A stretch of 64,000 nucleotides of DNA from Oscillospiraceae bacterium. GTDB taxonomy: Bacteria; Bacillota; Clostridia; Oscillospirales; Oscillospiraceae. The number at the start of each line of letters is the position of its first letter. Position 1 is the stretch's first letter. The translations under genes and the position numbers were made by a program. The notes below the pieces were generated by a model. It did not search any database, was not told the DNA's origin, and was given only the letters and a program-made list of their open reading frames with translations. Positions 18,607-27,880 of this stretch are shown piece by piece. The stretch is from assembly GCA_015067545.1 (NCBI GenBank), contig SVMG01000008.1, forward strand, positions 8,390 through 72,389, read 5' to 3'.

Positions 18607-20955
18607 TCAAAATTGGGTGGGCTCGATGTGCCAGATTTCCTCGGCGTACTGACGAATGGTACGGTCAGAGGAGAACTTGGCGCCACTGGCGATGTTCCAC
18701 AGGCACTTGCGGCCGAAGGCGAGACGGTCTGCATAATCCCGGTTGACCTTGAGCTTTGCCTCGATATAGGTCAGGTAATCCCACAGCAGGTAGTAGTGGT
18801 CAGCCTTGTGCCAGCCAGTTCCGTCCAGCAGAGCATGGTACAGCTCGGCCTGGTCGTTATCGGTGGGCACTGTACCATCCACCAGGGTATCCACCGCACG
18901 GCGAACATGGGGATTGTGGTCATACACCGCACGGGCGCAGTAGGCATCCCGTCCGGAAACGATCTCCTGCACGGTTGCGCCGAAGATATACTCGTTCTCG
19001 ATACCTGCCTCCTGGGCGATCTCCACATTGGCGCCGTCCAGCGTGCCCAGAGTCACCGCACCGTTGAGCATCAGCTTCATGTTGCCGGTGCCGGATGCTT
19101 CCGTACCTGCAGGAGAGATCTGCTCGGAAATATCAGCTGCCGGAATGATATGCTCTGCATAGGAGCAGTTATAGTTCTGGACAAATACCACCTTCAGCTT
19201 GTCGCTGACATCGGGGTCATTGTTCACCAGCTTGGCGATACGGTTGATATAGCGGATGATAGCCTTGGCACGGGCATAGCCGGGTGCGGATTTCGCACCG
19301 AAAATAAAGGCCGTGGGCTGGAAGTCGGTCATCTCGCCATTTTTCAGCCGGAAGTAGATATCCACAATGGACAGAGCATTCATCAGCTGCCGCTTATACT
19401 CATGCAGACGCTTGACCTGCACATCAAAAATGAAATCGGGATTCAGCTCCACGCCCTCGCGCTGAGCGATCACCTTGCACAGCTGCTCCTTCTTCTGACG
19501 CTTTACGGCATTGAACTCGGTAATCAGCTTGTCGTCGATCATGGGCTTCAGCTCTTCCAGCCGGTCAAGATCGTTGAGGAAGTCACCGCCGATGCGGTCG
19601 CTGATCAGCTTTGTCAGTTCCGGATTGCACAGACCCATCCAGCGACGGGGGGTAACACCGTTAGTCTTATTCTGGAAGCGCTCGGGATACACAGCATACC
19701 AATCCCGGAACAGATCGTCCTTCAGAATTTGGCTGTGGATCTGCGCAACGCCGTTGACATAGCTGCCAACATAAACGCTGAGGTTTGCCATATGGGCAGT
19801 ATTGTCACGAATGACAAACAGGTTTGGATGCTCAGCTTTCAGCTTCTCATCAATGCGAACAATGATGTCCACGATTTCCGGCACCACAGTACGCAACAGA
19901 TCCAAATTCCACTTCTCCAGCGCTTCGCCCATAACGGTGTGGTTGGTGTAGGAGAAGGTCTTTTGTGCAATGGCAAATGCCTGCTCGAAATCGATACCCT
20001 CTGCCATCAGCAGACGGATCAGCTCGGGGATGGACATAGCCGGGTGGGTGTCGTTCAGCTGCACTGCGAAGAAGTCCGCAAACCGGGTAAGATCCGTGCC
20101 GTGGGTGGTCTTGTAGACCCGCATCATATCCTGCAAGGATGCAGAGCACAGCAGGTACTGCTGCTTGATACGCAGGCGCTTGCCCTCCCAGGTAGAGTCG
20201 TTGGGATACAGCACCCGGGTGATATCCTCGGCCTTGTTCTTCTGGGCCAAAGCACGCAGGTAGTCCTGATCGTTAAAGGCATTGAAGTCCAATTCTTCCT
20301 CGGCTTCACACTGCCACAGACGCAGGGTGTTGATATTTTTCGTGCCATAACCGATGACAGGCACATCATAGGGCACTGCCAATACGGTATGGTCGGCAAA
20401 TTTCACCTTTACGGTGTGATTGTAACGGCGGTAGGACCAGGGATCGCCAAACTTTGTCCAGTCATCAGCTGCCTCGGACTGGCTGCCGTTTTCATCAAAG
20501 CTCTGCTTGAACAGGCCGAAGCGATACCGCAGGCCGTAGCCGGACAGGGGGATGTTGCAGCTTGCTGCACTGTCCAGGAAGCAGGCTGCCAACCGACCCA
20601 GGCCACCATTGCCCAGCGCAGCATCTTCGATCTCTTCCAGGCAGGAAAGATCCACGCCCCGCTGCGCAAACAGCTTCTTCATCTCATCCAGAATACCCAG
20701 GTTATAAAGATTGCTGTATACCAGACGGCCGATCAGATACTCAGCAGAAAGATAATACGCCTTCCGGCTGGGCATACGGGTGCGCTTGGCAGTGTTCCAG
20801 TTGTCGGAAATGGCCATCATCACAGCATTGCCCAGAGCCTCATGCAGCTCCTGAGGAGTTGCATCATTGAGGGAAACATCGTAGGTATACTTTAGCTGTG
20901 CCTCTGTCCATTTCAGGATGTTCAAGCAATCGTAATTCATATATTCATTCTCCAT
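18607..20955 (-). CDS. glgP: Glycogen/maltodextrin phosphorylase
   Basis: LGNGGLGRLAACFLDS, QLNDTHP, QVKRLHEYKRQ, EASGTGNMK PLP site. Confidence 0.97.
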   Translation of the reverse strand: MENEYMNYDCLNILKWTEAQLKYTYDVSLNDATPQELHEALGNAVMMAISDNWNTAKRTRMPSRKAYYLSAEYLIGRLVYSNLYNLGILDEMKKLFAQRGVDLSCLEEIEDAALGNGGLGRLAACFLDSAASCNIPLSGYGLRYRFGLFKQSFDENGSQSEAADDWTKFGDPWSYRRYNHTVKVKFADHTVLAVPYDVPVIGYGTKNINTLRLWQCEAEEELDFNAFNDQDYLRALAQKNKAEDITRVLYPNDSTWEGKRLRIKQQYLLCSASLQDMMRVYKTTHGTDLTRFADFFAVQLNDTHPAMSIPELIRLLMAEGIDFEQAFAIAQKTFSYTNHTVMGEALEKWNLDLLRTVVPEIVDIIVRIDEKLKAEHPNLFVIRDNTAHMANLSVYVGSYVNGVAQIHSQILKDDLFRDWYAVYPERFQNKTNGVTPRRWMGLCNPELTKLISDRIGGDFLNDLDRLEELKPMIDDKLITEFNAVKRQKKEQLCKVIAQREGVELNPDFIFDVQVKRLHEYKRQLMNALSIVDIYFRLKNGEMTDFQPTAFIFGAKSAPGYARAKAIIRYINRIAKLVNNDPDVSDKLKVVFVQNYNCSYAEHIIPAADISEQISPAGTEASGTGNMKLMLNGAVTLGTLDGANVEIAQEAGIENEYIFGATVQEIVSGRDAYCARAVYDHNPHVRRAVDTLVDGTVPTDNDQAELYHALLDGTGWHKADHYYLLWDYLTYIEAKLKVNRDYADRLAFGRKCLWNIASGAKFSSDRTIRQYAEEIWHIEPTQF

Positions 20956-20967
20956 TCAAAAGAAAGT

Positions 20968-22449
20968 TTATTCATTTTCAAGACGGCCGTAGAGCCGGGT
21001 CAAACGACAAAGCCGCTGGGCCAGACCGTTTCCGGTAAAGCCATCACGCGCCCGCCAGGTCCAGTTTGCACTGGTCATAGTGCCGGGGAAATTCATCCGG
21101 GCTTCGCCGCCAAGATCAAGCAGATCCTGCATCTGGATCACGCACAGATCGGACACACTGGACATGGCAGTGCGGATCACACCCCAAACCATACCTTCCC
21201 GATCGCTGAGGGCCATATACTCTGTTGCATAATCAACTGCATCAGAGGATGCGCTCTCAAACCACTGGCGCATGGTCATATTGTCATGGGTGCCGGTGTA
21301 GCAAACAGAATTGCGGGGGTATGTATGCGGCAAATATTCCGAAGGCTCTCTGGAATCAAAAGCAAACTCCAGCACCTTCATGCCGGGAAAACCGCTGTCA
21401 TCCCGCAGGTCCAGCACTTCCTGTGTCAAAAAGCCCAGGTCTTCTGCGATCATGCTCAGTTGGGGCAGCTTTGCCTTCACCGTATTCATAAAGTCCAGGC
21501 CGGGACCCTTGATCCACTGACCGTTTTTAGCAGTAGCATCACCAAAGGGAACGGACCAATAGGCTTCAAATCCACGGAAATGATCCAGTCGCACCACATC
21601 GTAGAGCTTTCCTGCGGCGGCCAGCCGATTGATCCACCACTGATAGCCATCTTCTTTCAGCAGATCCCAGCGGTACAAAGGGTTGCCCCACAGCTGGCCA
21701 TCTTCGGAAAATGCATCCGGCGGACAGCCTGCCACAGCAGTGGGATTCATAGCTTCGTCCAGCTGGAACCAATGGGGATTGCTCCACACATCAGCAGAAT
21801 CGTAGGGCACATAAATAGGCACATCACCGATAATGCGCACATCCTGCTGACGGGCATAGGCCCGCAGAGCACGCCACTGCTTATCAAAAATATACTGTAC
21901 GAAGCAATAAAAACGGATCTGCTCCTGCAGCAATGCTGTGGCCTGTGCCATGGCATCGGGCTGGCGGAACTTAACAGACTCCTCCCAAGTGTACCAGCTT
22001 TGCCCGTGGAACTTTTCCTTCAAGGCCATAAAAAGCGCAAAATCCGGAAGCCAGTTTTCGTTTTCTGCGCAGAAGTTCTGAAAATCCTCGCCGCCCTGGA
22101 ATCGGTCATAGGCAAGGCGCAGTACCTTTAACCGATTTTGATACTGAATACCAAAATCCACTCTGTCCGCCTGCGTGCCCCAATCGAAGCTGTTGATCTG
22201 CTCATAATCCAGCAACCCATCCTCCACCAGCAAAGGCAGGTCGATCAGATAATGATTGCCCGCATAGGTAGAACAGGACTGGTAGGGAGAGTCACCATAT
22301 CCGGTGGGAGTCAGCGGAAGGATCTGCCAATATTTTTGCCCGGCCTTGTGTAAAAAATCCACAAAATCAAAGGCTTGCTTGCCCATGGTTCCTACGCCGT
22401 AGGGACCCGGCAAAGAGGTGATATGCATCAAAACGCCACTTGTACGCAT
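20968..22449 (-). CDS. malQ: 4-alpha-glucanotransferase (amylomaltase, GH77)
   Basis: RTSGVLMHITSLP, GDVPIYV, LWGNPLY, RLDHFRG, AEDLG, YTGTHDN. Confidence 0.97.
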   Translation of the reverse strand: MRTSGVLMHITSLPGPYGVGTMGKQAFDFVDFLHKAGQKYWQILPLTPTGYGDSPYQSCSTYAGNHYLIDLPLLVEDGLLDYEQINSFDWGTQADRVDFGIQYQNRLKVLRLAYDRFQGGEDFQNFCAENENWLPDFALFMALKEKFHGQSWYTWEESVKFRQPDAMAQATALLQEQIRFYCFVQYIFDKQWRALRAYARQQDVRIIGDVPIYVPYDSADVWSNPHWFQLDEAMNPTAVAGCPPDAFSEDGQLWGNPLYRWDLLKEDGYQWWINRLAAAGKLYDVVRLDHFRGFEAYWSVPFGDATAKNGQWIKGPGLDFMNTVKAKLPQLSMIAEDLGFLTQEVLDLRDDSGFPGMKVLEFAFDSREPSEYLPHTYPRNSVCYTGTHDNMTMRQWFESASSDAVDYATEYMALSDREGMVWGVIRTAMSSVSDLCVIQMQDLLDLGGEARMNFPGTMTSANWTWRARDGFTGNGLAQRLCRLTRLYGRLENE

Positions 22450-22592
22450 CGCCGGTGCTCCTTCATCGTCATTATATGTATGAAACATTTTCCGGTTTCT
22501 CACACAGCTGGGAGTCACATCCCAATATACTGTGTGCCTTAAGCGGATGACCACAATATGCAGTCTTTTACACGCCTAAGATACATAGTAAC

Positions 22593-22647
22593 AGAGTAAT
22601 ATGTTTTTGGTGATTTGTCAAGGGCAACCCGTTGCGCAACCCGTTGT
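22593..22647 (-). promoter_or_regulatory. sigma-A promoter of malQ-glgP with tandem LacI-type operators
   Basis: TTGACA (22616-22621)-N17-TACTCT (22593-22598); GCAACCCGTTGC and GCAACCCGTTGT at 22624-22647 immediately upstream of the -35. Confidence 0.6.
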
Positions 22648-22715
22648 TTTTTTCTTTTTCAGCATTTTGATGAGCAGTCCAGCAATTTCCAGTGCTCCAC
22701 AGTAGCACTTTGCGC

Positions 22716-22748
22716 AAAAAAATCGGGCCTGCCGTCAGGCAGGCCCGA
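22716..22748 (-). terminator. Terminator of msmX
   Basis: TCGGGCCTGCC-GTCA-GGCAGGCCCGA with T7 on the minus strand. Confidence 0.85.
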
Positions 22749-22758
22749 AAAAATGTGC

Positions 22759-23967
22759 TTAAGCTTCCAGGTTAATGCCGGTCTCCTTGTTGAAGACATG
22801 GCAAACATTGCCGTTGAAGGTGAAGTTAACAACCGTGCCGGCAGTCAGCTTTGCCACCTCAGCGCCGGTCATGTTCATGGTAGAAACCACCACGACCACA
22901 TCGCGGCCCATTGCGGTAACATGCAGGTGGACAGTGGAGCCCATCATTTCGCCCACATCGATCTTAGCCTCGATGCCGCTGTCAGCCAGGGAGATATGCT
23001 CAGGACGGACGCCCAGAGTAACTTCCTGCTCTTCCACATTGTTGGCAGCCAAAGCAGCCTGCTTGTCGTCAGACAGCTCGACAGTCAGATTGCCCAGCTC
23101 AACAGCATACTTGCCGTCGTTCTTCACCAGCTTGGCATCGAAGAAGTTCATCTGGGGAGAACCGATGAAGCCGGCAACGAACAGGTTGTAAGGATGTACG
23201 AACACTTCCTGAGGAGTGCCGATCTGCTGGATGAAGCCGTCCTTCATGATAACGATACGGTCGCCCAGAGTCATAGCCTCAGTCTGGTCGTGGGTAACAT
23301 AGATAAAGGTGGTATCGATACGCTCACGCAGCTTGATGATCTCAGCACGCATCTGGTTACGCAGCTTGGCGTCCAGGTTACTGAGGGGCTCGTCCATCAG
23401 CATGACCTTGGGGTCACGAACGATAGCACGACCAATAGCAACACGCTGACGCTGACCGCCGGACAGAGCCTTGGGCTTACGGCCCAGGTACTGGGTGATG
23501 TCCAGGATCTCAGCAGCCTGCTTAACTGCCTTGTCGATCTCAGCCTTGGGGGTATGACGCAGCTTCAGAGCAAAAGCCAGGTTGTCATACACAGTCATGT
23601 GGGGATACAGTGCGTAGTTCTGGAACACCATTGCGATGTCACGGTCCTTAGGAGCGACATCATTGACCAGACGGTCACCAATGTACAGCTCGCCCTCGGA
23701 AATATCTTCCAGACCGGCGATCATACGAAGAGTGGTGGACTTACCGCAGCCGGAGGGACCAACGAGAACGATGAATTCCTTGTCAGCGATCTCCAGGTTG
23801 AATTCCTGAACAGCGACAACGCCCTTGTCCGTGATCTGCAGGTTGACCTTCTTCTCCTCGTCTACCACTTCATTCTTCTTGGCCTTCTTGGCCTTCTTGG
23901 CTTTCTTTTCGTCGTCGCCATTGAAGGGGTAGATCTTCTTGATGTTCTTCAGGGTTACACTTGCCAT
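22759..23967 (-). CDS. msmX: Shared sugar ABC transporter ATPase (MsmX/MsmK/MalK type)
   Basis: [46 protein letters not shown]-terminus; no permease genes nearby. Confidence 0.92.
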   Translation of the reverse strand: MASVTLKNIKKIYPFNGDDEKKAKKAKKAKKNEVVDEEKKVNLQITDKGVVAVQEFNLEIADKEFIVLVGPSGCGKSTTLRMIAGLEDISEGELYIGDRLVNDVAPKDRDIAMVFQNYALYPHMTVYDNLAFALKLRHTPKAEIDKAVKQAAEILDITQYLGRKPKALSGGQRQRVAIGRAIVRDPKVMLMDEPLSNLDAKLRNQMRAEIIKLRERIDTTFIYVTHDQTEAMTLGDRIVIMKDGFIQQIGTPQEVFVHPYNLFVAGFIGSPQMNFFDAKLVKNDGKYAVELGNLTVELSDDKQAALAANNVEEQEVTLGVRPEHISLADSGIEAKIDVGEMMGSTVHLHVTAMGRDVVVVVSTMNMTGAEVAKLTAGTVVNFTFNGNVCHVFNKETGINLEA

Positions 23968-24182
23968 ACTTTCTTGACTCTAAATGCACCTAAATTTCGC
24001 GTGCACTCTCGCACAACGCCGAGCAAAACGGCGAAGGCATTACAACAGGTCTCCACACTGCTGCACCGCGAGTCCTGCGGGTGTTTTTTCCTCCTTTTTT
24101 GATGAACGGCGGCTATTTTTTGTGGAGTAGACGCAATTCACCTAGATAATGGAATTATAGCACATCTGTCAACCATGTGCAA
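23968..24182 (-). promoter_or_regulatory. Promoter and long structured 5' leader of msmX
   Basis: TTGCAC (24177-24182)-N17-TATAAT (24154-24159); hairpins at 24066-24080, 24017-24033 and 23986-24004. Confidence 0.55.
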
Positions 24183-24230
24183 TGGTGTATTGTAACAGTT
24201 TTTTGTCTCAGAATTTGGTCGTTTCGTCAA

Positions 24231-24908
24231 TTACAGACAAATGGGCACCGGTTTACGCAGAGTCATACTGTCGGGTGTGACCCGGCAGTCCATCGCCAGC
24301 AGCCTTACCCCGGCGCGCTCAGCCTGCCGCAGGGCCTCACCAAACTCCGGATCCGTGGCATCATTGGGGCGCAGGCACTGCACATTTTCCATTTGGATCA
24401 CAAACAGCACATACGCGCCATAGCCCGCCTGGGCAGCCTGTATCAGCTCCCGCAGATGCTTTGCGCCACGCAGTGTGGGTGCATCCGGAAATGCGCAGAT
24501 CCCATCGTTTTCCAGGGTCACGCCCTTGACCTCCATAAAACAGGGCTTGCCCTCCTTTTGAAAGGCAAAATCAAACCGGGAATTTGCAAATTTAACTTCC
24601 GACCGTACTTGATGCACATCCGGCAAGCCGCCACCGCGAAGCCACTCCCCCGCTGCCGCGTTGGGTGCCTGGGAGTCCATATTGATCAGCCGGTCTCCTT
24701 TTTGCACGCAGATCAGGTCGTATTTTGTTTTTCTGTTGGGAGCGTCATTTTTCTCGCACCAAACCTGCGCGCCTTCCGGCAGCAATTCCCGGCATCTGCC
24801 GGTGTTTTTTACATGAACGATCTGTTCATTCCCATCGATCTGCACGTGGGCAACAAACCGGTTGGACCGGCAAAGAAATTTGCCCGGAACCATGTTTTCA
24901 TATTTCAT
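24231..24908 (-). CDS. sfsA: Sugar fermentation stimulation protein SfsA (nuclease fold)
   Basis: NRFVA, HVKNTGRCRELL, SRFDF, EVKGVTL, FPDAPTLRGAKHL. Confidence 0.95.
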   Translation of the reverse strand: MKYENMVPGKFLCRSNRFVAHVQIDGNEQIVHVKNTGRCRELLPEGAQVWCEKNDAPNRKTKYDLICVQKGDRLINMDSQAPNAAAGEWLRGGGLPDVHQVRSEVKFANSRFDFAFQKEGKPCFMEVKGVTLENDGICAFPDAPTLRGAKHLRELIQAAQAGYGAYVLFVIQMENVQCLRPNDATDPEFGEALRQAERAGVRLLAMDCRVTPDSMTLRKPVPICL

Positions 24909-25053
24909 AGGGATTCTCCTAAATAAAGCACTGCGCAAAGAATATGTCACATTAAAACTATATCACATTCCATTTACAAACACAAGCACGGTTGCATTTT
25001 GTCGATTCTTCTGTTATAGTGAACGCAACACAAGAAATAATGGAGGGATTGCT

Positions 25054-25746
25054 ATGAAAACAAGGAGGCTTCGCCGCCTTCTGCTGATCTGTCTGATTGC
25101 AGCTTTGGGGCTTTGTCTGCTGGGCGCAGGGATCGTTTTCGGCATTGATGCCTATGTTTTGCACAGCACCTCCGCACAAATGCTGACAACCCAGGAGGCC
25201 GCCCTTTTGGAGGATGTGGACTGCATCCTCGTTTTGGGCTGCAAGGTCCATTCCGACGGGGCCCCCAGTGCCATGCTGGAAGACCGTCTGCGCCGGGGCG
25301 TGGAGCTTTTCCATGCCGGAGCTGCGCCAAAGCTTCTGATGAGCGGTGACCACGGCACCATGACCTACAACGAAGTGCAAAGCATGAAGCAGTACGCCAT
25401 TGACCACGAGATCCCTTCCTCTGACATCTTTATGGATCACGCAGGATTCTCTACATATGAAAGCATCTATCGGGCACGGGATATTTTTCAGGCAAAGAAG
25501 ATCATCATCGTCACCCAGAAATACCACCTGTACCGGGCACTGTATATTGCAGCAGCCTTGGGCATTGAAGCCTATGGCGTGGACGCAGATTACCGCAGCT
25601 ATTCCGGCCAAACCGCCAGGGATATCCGGGAGATCCTGGCCCGTAACAAGGATTTTTTCACTTCCATCTTCCAGCCCAAGCCCACCTATCTGGGCGAAGC
25701 CATTCCCATTTGGAGCAACGGAGATCTGACAAACGATTCCCATTGA
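25054..25746 (+). CDS. SanA/YdcF (DUF218) family protein
   Basis: ILVLG...MLEDRL...LLMSGDH...DHAGFSTYES...VTQKYHLYRA...REILA. Confidence 0.92.
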   Translation: MKTRRLRRLLLICLIAALGLCLLGAGIVFGIDAYVLHSTSAQMLTTQEAALLEDVDCILVLGCKVHSDGAPSAMLEDRLRRGVELFHAGAAPKLLMSGDHGTMTYNEVQSMKQYAIDHEIPSSDIFMDHAGFSTYESIYRARDIFQAKKIIIVTQKYHLYRALYIAAALGIEAYGVDADYRSYSGQTARDIREILARNKDFFTSIFQPKPTYLGEAIPIWSNGDLTNDSH

Positions 25747-25785
25747 GCAGTCCACAAAACCATCATAAAGAAAGAAGAGAAGCCT

Positions 25786-26589
25786 ATGATCACGACCCTG
25801 GATGCATTCTTTGAATCCACAGCATGGCCCATGACACCTCCCCCGGCTTACGGCCCGTTCCATATTCTTTATACACTAATCGGCTTTGCCGTGTGCGGCA
25901 TTGCCGCATGGCGGCTGCGCCATGTCAGTGACCGGACTGCCAAATGGATCTTGTTTTCCATTGGCGTAGTGCTGGCAATTTCCGAGGTTTGGAAACAGCT
26001 TTTCTATTTCTTCGTCATGGAAGATAACCGTTATTCCTGGGGTGACTTCCCCTTCCAGCTATGCAGCATTCCCATTTATCTTTGCCTGATCGCACCATGG
26101 CTGAAGCCCGGAAAGCTTCAGCGGGGTATGTACAGCTTCATGGTCCTTTATAATCTTTTGGGCGGCGCGATCTCCTTTGCTGAGCCCTCCGGACTCCTGC
26201 ACGGGCATTGGTTTCTGACGATCCACGCCCTGGTATGGCACATGGTGCTTGTGTTCATCGGACTGTTTATTTGCTTCTCCAAGCGGGGCGGTAATCAGCA
26301 GCACGACTACATAGGCGCGACCATGACCTTCATTGCCCTGTGCGGCATTGCTTTCTTACTGAATTGCTTTGTGCAGTTTGGCCTGGGTGAATCCATGAAT
26401 ATGTTTTTTGTGGGCCCGGGGAACTCTCCTCTTGCCGTATTTTCCCTGTTTTCTGAATGGTTTGGCTGGTATATCAACACCTTTATTTACATCTTTGCCG
26501 TTTGCCTGGGTGCGTACCTGGTCTTCCTGCTCACCTATTACCTGCAGAACAAGGAATTGCCCTTCCGCAAGAAAGCACTGACAAAATAA
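25786..26589 (+). CDS. YwaF-like integral membrane protein
   Basis: PFQLCS motif; ~7 TM helices. Confidence 0.75.
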   Translation: MITTLDAFFESTAWPMTPPPAYGPFHILYTLIGFAVCGIAAWRLRHVSDRTAKWILFSIGVVLAISEVWKQLFYFFVMEDNRYSWGDFPFQLCSIPIYLCLIAPWLKPGKLQRGMYSFMVLYNLLGGAISFAEPSGLLHGHWFLTIHALVWHMVLVFIGLFICFSKRGGNQQHDYIGATMTFIALCGIAFLLNCFVQFGLGESMNMFFVGPGNSPLAVFSLFSEWFGWYINTFIYIFAVCLGAYLVFLLTYYLQNKELPFRKKALTK

Positions 26590-26590
26590 G

Positions 26591-26622
26591 AAAAAAGACA
26601 CCCTGTGGGGTGTCTTTTTTTT
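26591..26622. terminator. Bidirectional terminator
   Basis: AAAAAAGACACCC...GGGGTGTCTTTTTTTT. Confidence 0.85.
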
Positions 26623-26872
26623 ACACGTCTTGCAATTCCAATATCTCCACCCGGCCAATAAGCACATCATTATACTGCACGCAGTGGCGCTGTGTGTATC
26701 CATTTTCCGTTTCTTCCAACTGAAAGGTATTGGGGTACACGCCCTTGATCACAGCAGCTCCGTTTTGCACGCTCACCTTGGGATGGCGCATGGTCACGTT
26801 TACATGAACATGGGGATTCTCCTCAAAAAGCTTACGAATATCCTTTCGAATGGTATCTATTGTGCGTTCCAT
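26621..26872 (-). CDS. veg: Veg family protein
   Basis: GVYPNTFQLE...QYNDVLIGRVEI; GGAGG RBS. Confidence 0.8.
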   Translation of the reverse strand: MERTIDTIRKDIRKLFEENPHVHVNVTMRHPKVSVQNGAAVIKGVYPNTFQLEETENGYTQRHCVQYNDVLIGRVEILELQDV

Positions 26873-27064
26873 GGATAATTCCTCCTCTCAGAGCCGCGTC
26901 ATCCGGGCAGAATGCAGGGCTGAATACAGAGAGGACTGAGCGAAACATGTTGTTTATCCACCCCCGGCTGCCGCGGAAAATGGATAGGCTACATCGCTCT
27001 CTTGGTAGCATAGCTACAAGTAGATTATAGCATATTTTTGTGGGATTTTCAACCGCAAAAACGG

Positions 27065-27092
27065 AAAACCCGCTGCAAACGCAGCGGGTTTT
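27065..27092 (-). terminator. Terminator
   Basis: AAAACCCGCTGC-AAAC-GCAGCGGGTTTT. Confidence 0.75.
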
Positions 27093-27096
27093 ATGT

Positions 27097-27783
27097 TTAT
27101 TCTTCTGTGTTTCCCGGGATTTCTTCCACGATTTCCGGCTTTCTCGGAGGCATACCCAGATCCTTGTCCTTGCAAAGCATCAGGAAGATACAATATGCAC
27201 CATCCACGACCACATTGCCCACCAGGCTCAGCACCAAATACAGCGTGCTGTTTTTCGGCTCGCAGGAACGGAACACATCATACAGTGCCATGTAGAAGTA
27301 AACAGTTTGGATGACAGATACTACTGCAAGAGGTATTGCCAATATTCCCGCCAAGCCTATTAGATTCAGCAATACAACATTCGTTCCTGCGTAGTACATC
27401 AGGTTGCTGACCAGCGTTTCCGGATCCGACATGGTAGGTACGGATATGATCGTGAGCAGCAAAACTGCAAACAGCCACACCGCCGCGATCAATACGACCG
27501 ATCCGATCGCCGCCATGGCAATATTCAGTCCCAGCAGGACCTTACGCTTATTCTTCACCTGTCTTTTGACCACATACTGATATTGGTCAGAAACAGAGCC
27601 CAGGATCCACACATTCACCACAGGAATCCAAGCAAGCCAGGGTTTTTTGATGTTTCTGCGCTTGGCGATGGTATAAAGAGCCAGTGCCTTGAGTATGTAC
27701 ACAAGCACAGCCACGCCGCCGGTAGTGAAATTCATTGACAGAACGCCCTCTTCCAACGCTTCAAGAATACTGGTTATTTCCAT
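27097..27783 (-). CDS. Membrane protein of unknown function
   Basis: YTIAKRR...WLAWIPV motif; 5-6 TM helices. Confidence 0.8.
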   Translation of the reverse strand: MEITSILEALEEGVLSMNFTTGGVAVLVYILKALALYTIAKRRNIKKPWLAWIPVVNVWILGSVSDQYQYVVKRQVKNKRKVLLGLNIAMAAIGSVVLIAAVWLFAVLLLTIISVPTMSDPETLVSNLMYYAGTNVVLLNLIGLAGILAIPLAVVSVIQTVYFYMALYDVFRSCEPKNSTLYLVLSLVGNVVVDGAYCIFLMLCKDKDLGMPPRKPEIVEEIPGNTEE

Positions 27784-27848
27784 TACAGCTACCTCCTTTT
27801 TAGGGTGGCTTCATTTTACCACAATCTCGTTGCGTTTGCAATATTTTT

Positions 27849-27876
27849 TACGGCGCATCCCGCAGGATGCGCCGTA
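27849..27876 (-). terminator. Terminator of htpG
   Basis: TACGGCGCATCC-CGCA-GGATGCGCCGTA; its U-tract is short, so termination strength is uncertain. Confidence 0.55.
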
Positions 27877-27880
27877 TGTG

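Noticed and set aside
27856-27869. Shared CATCCCGCAGGATG core in the hairpins at 27849 and 53040
   Set aside because: Only 14 bp and both sit at gene ends; most simply two terminators with a favoured CGCA loop.
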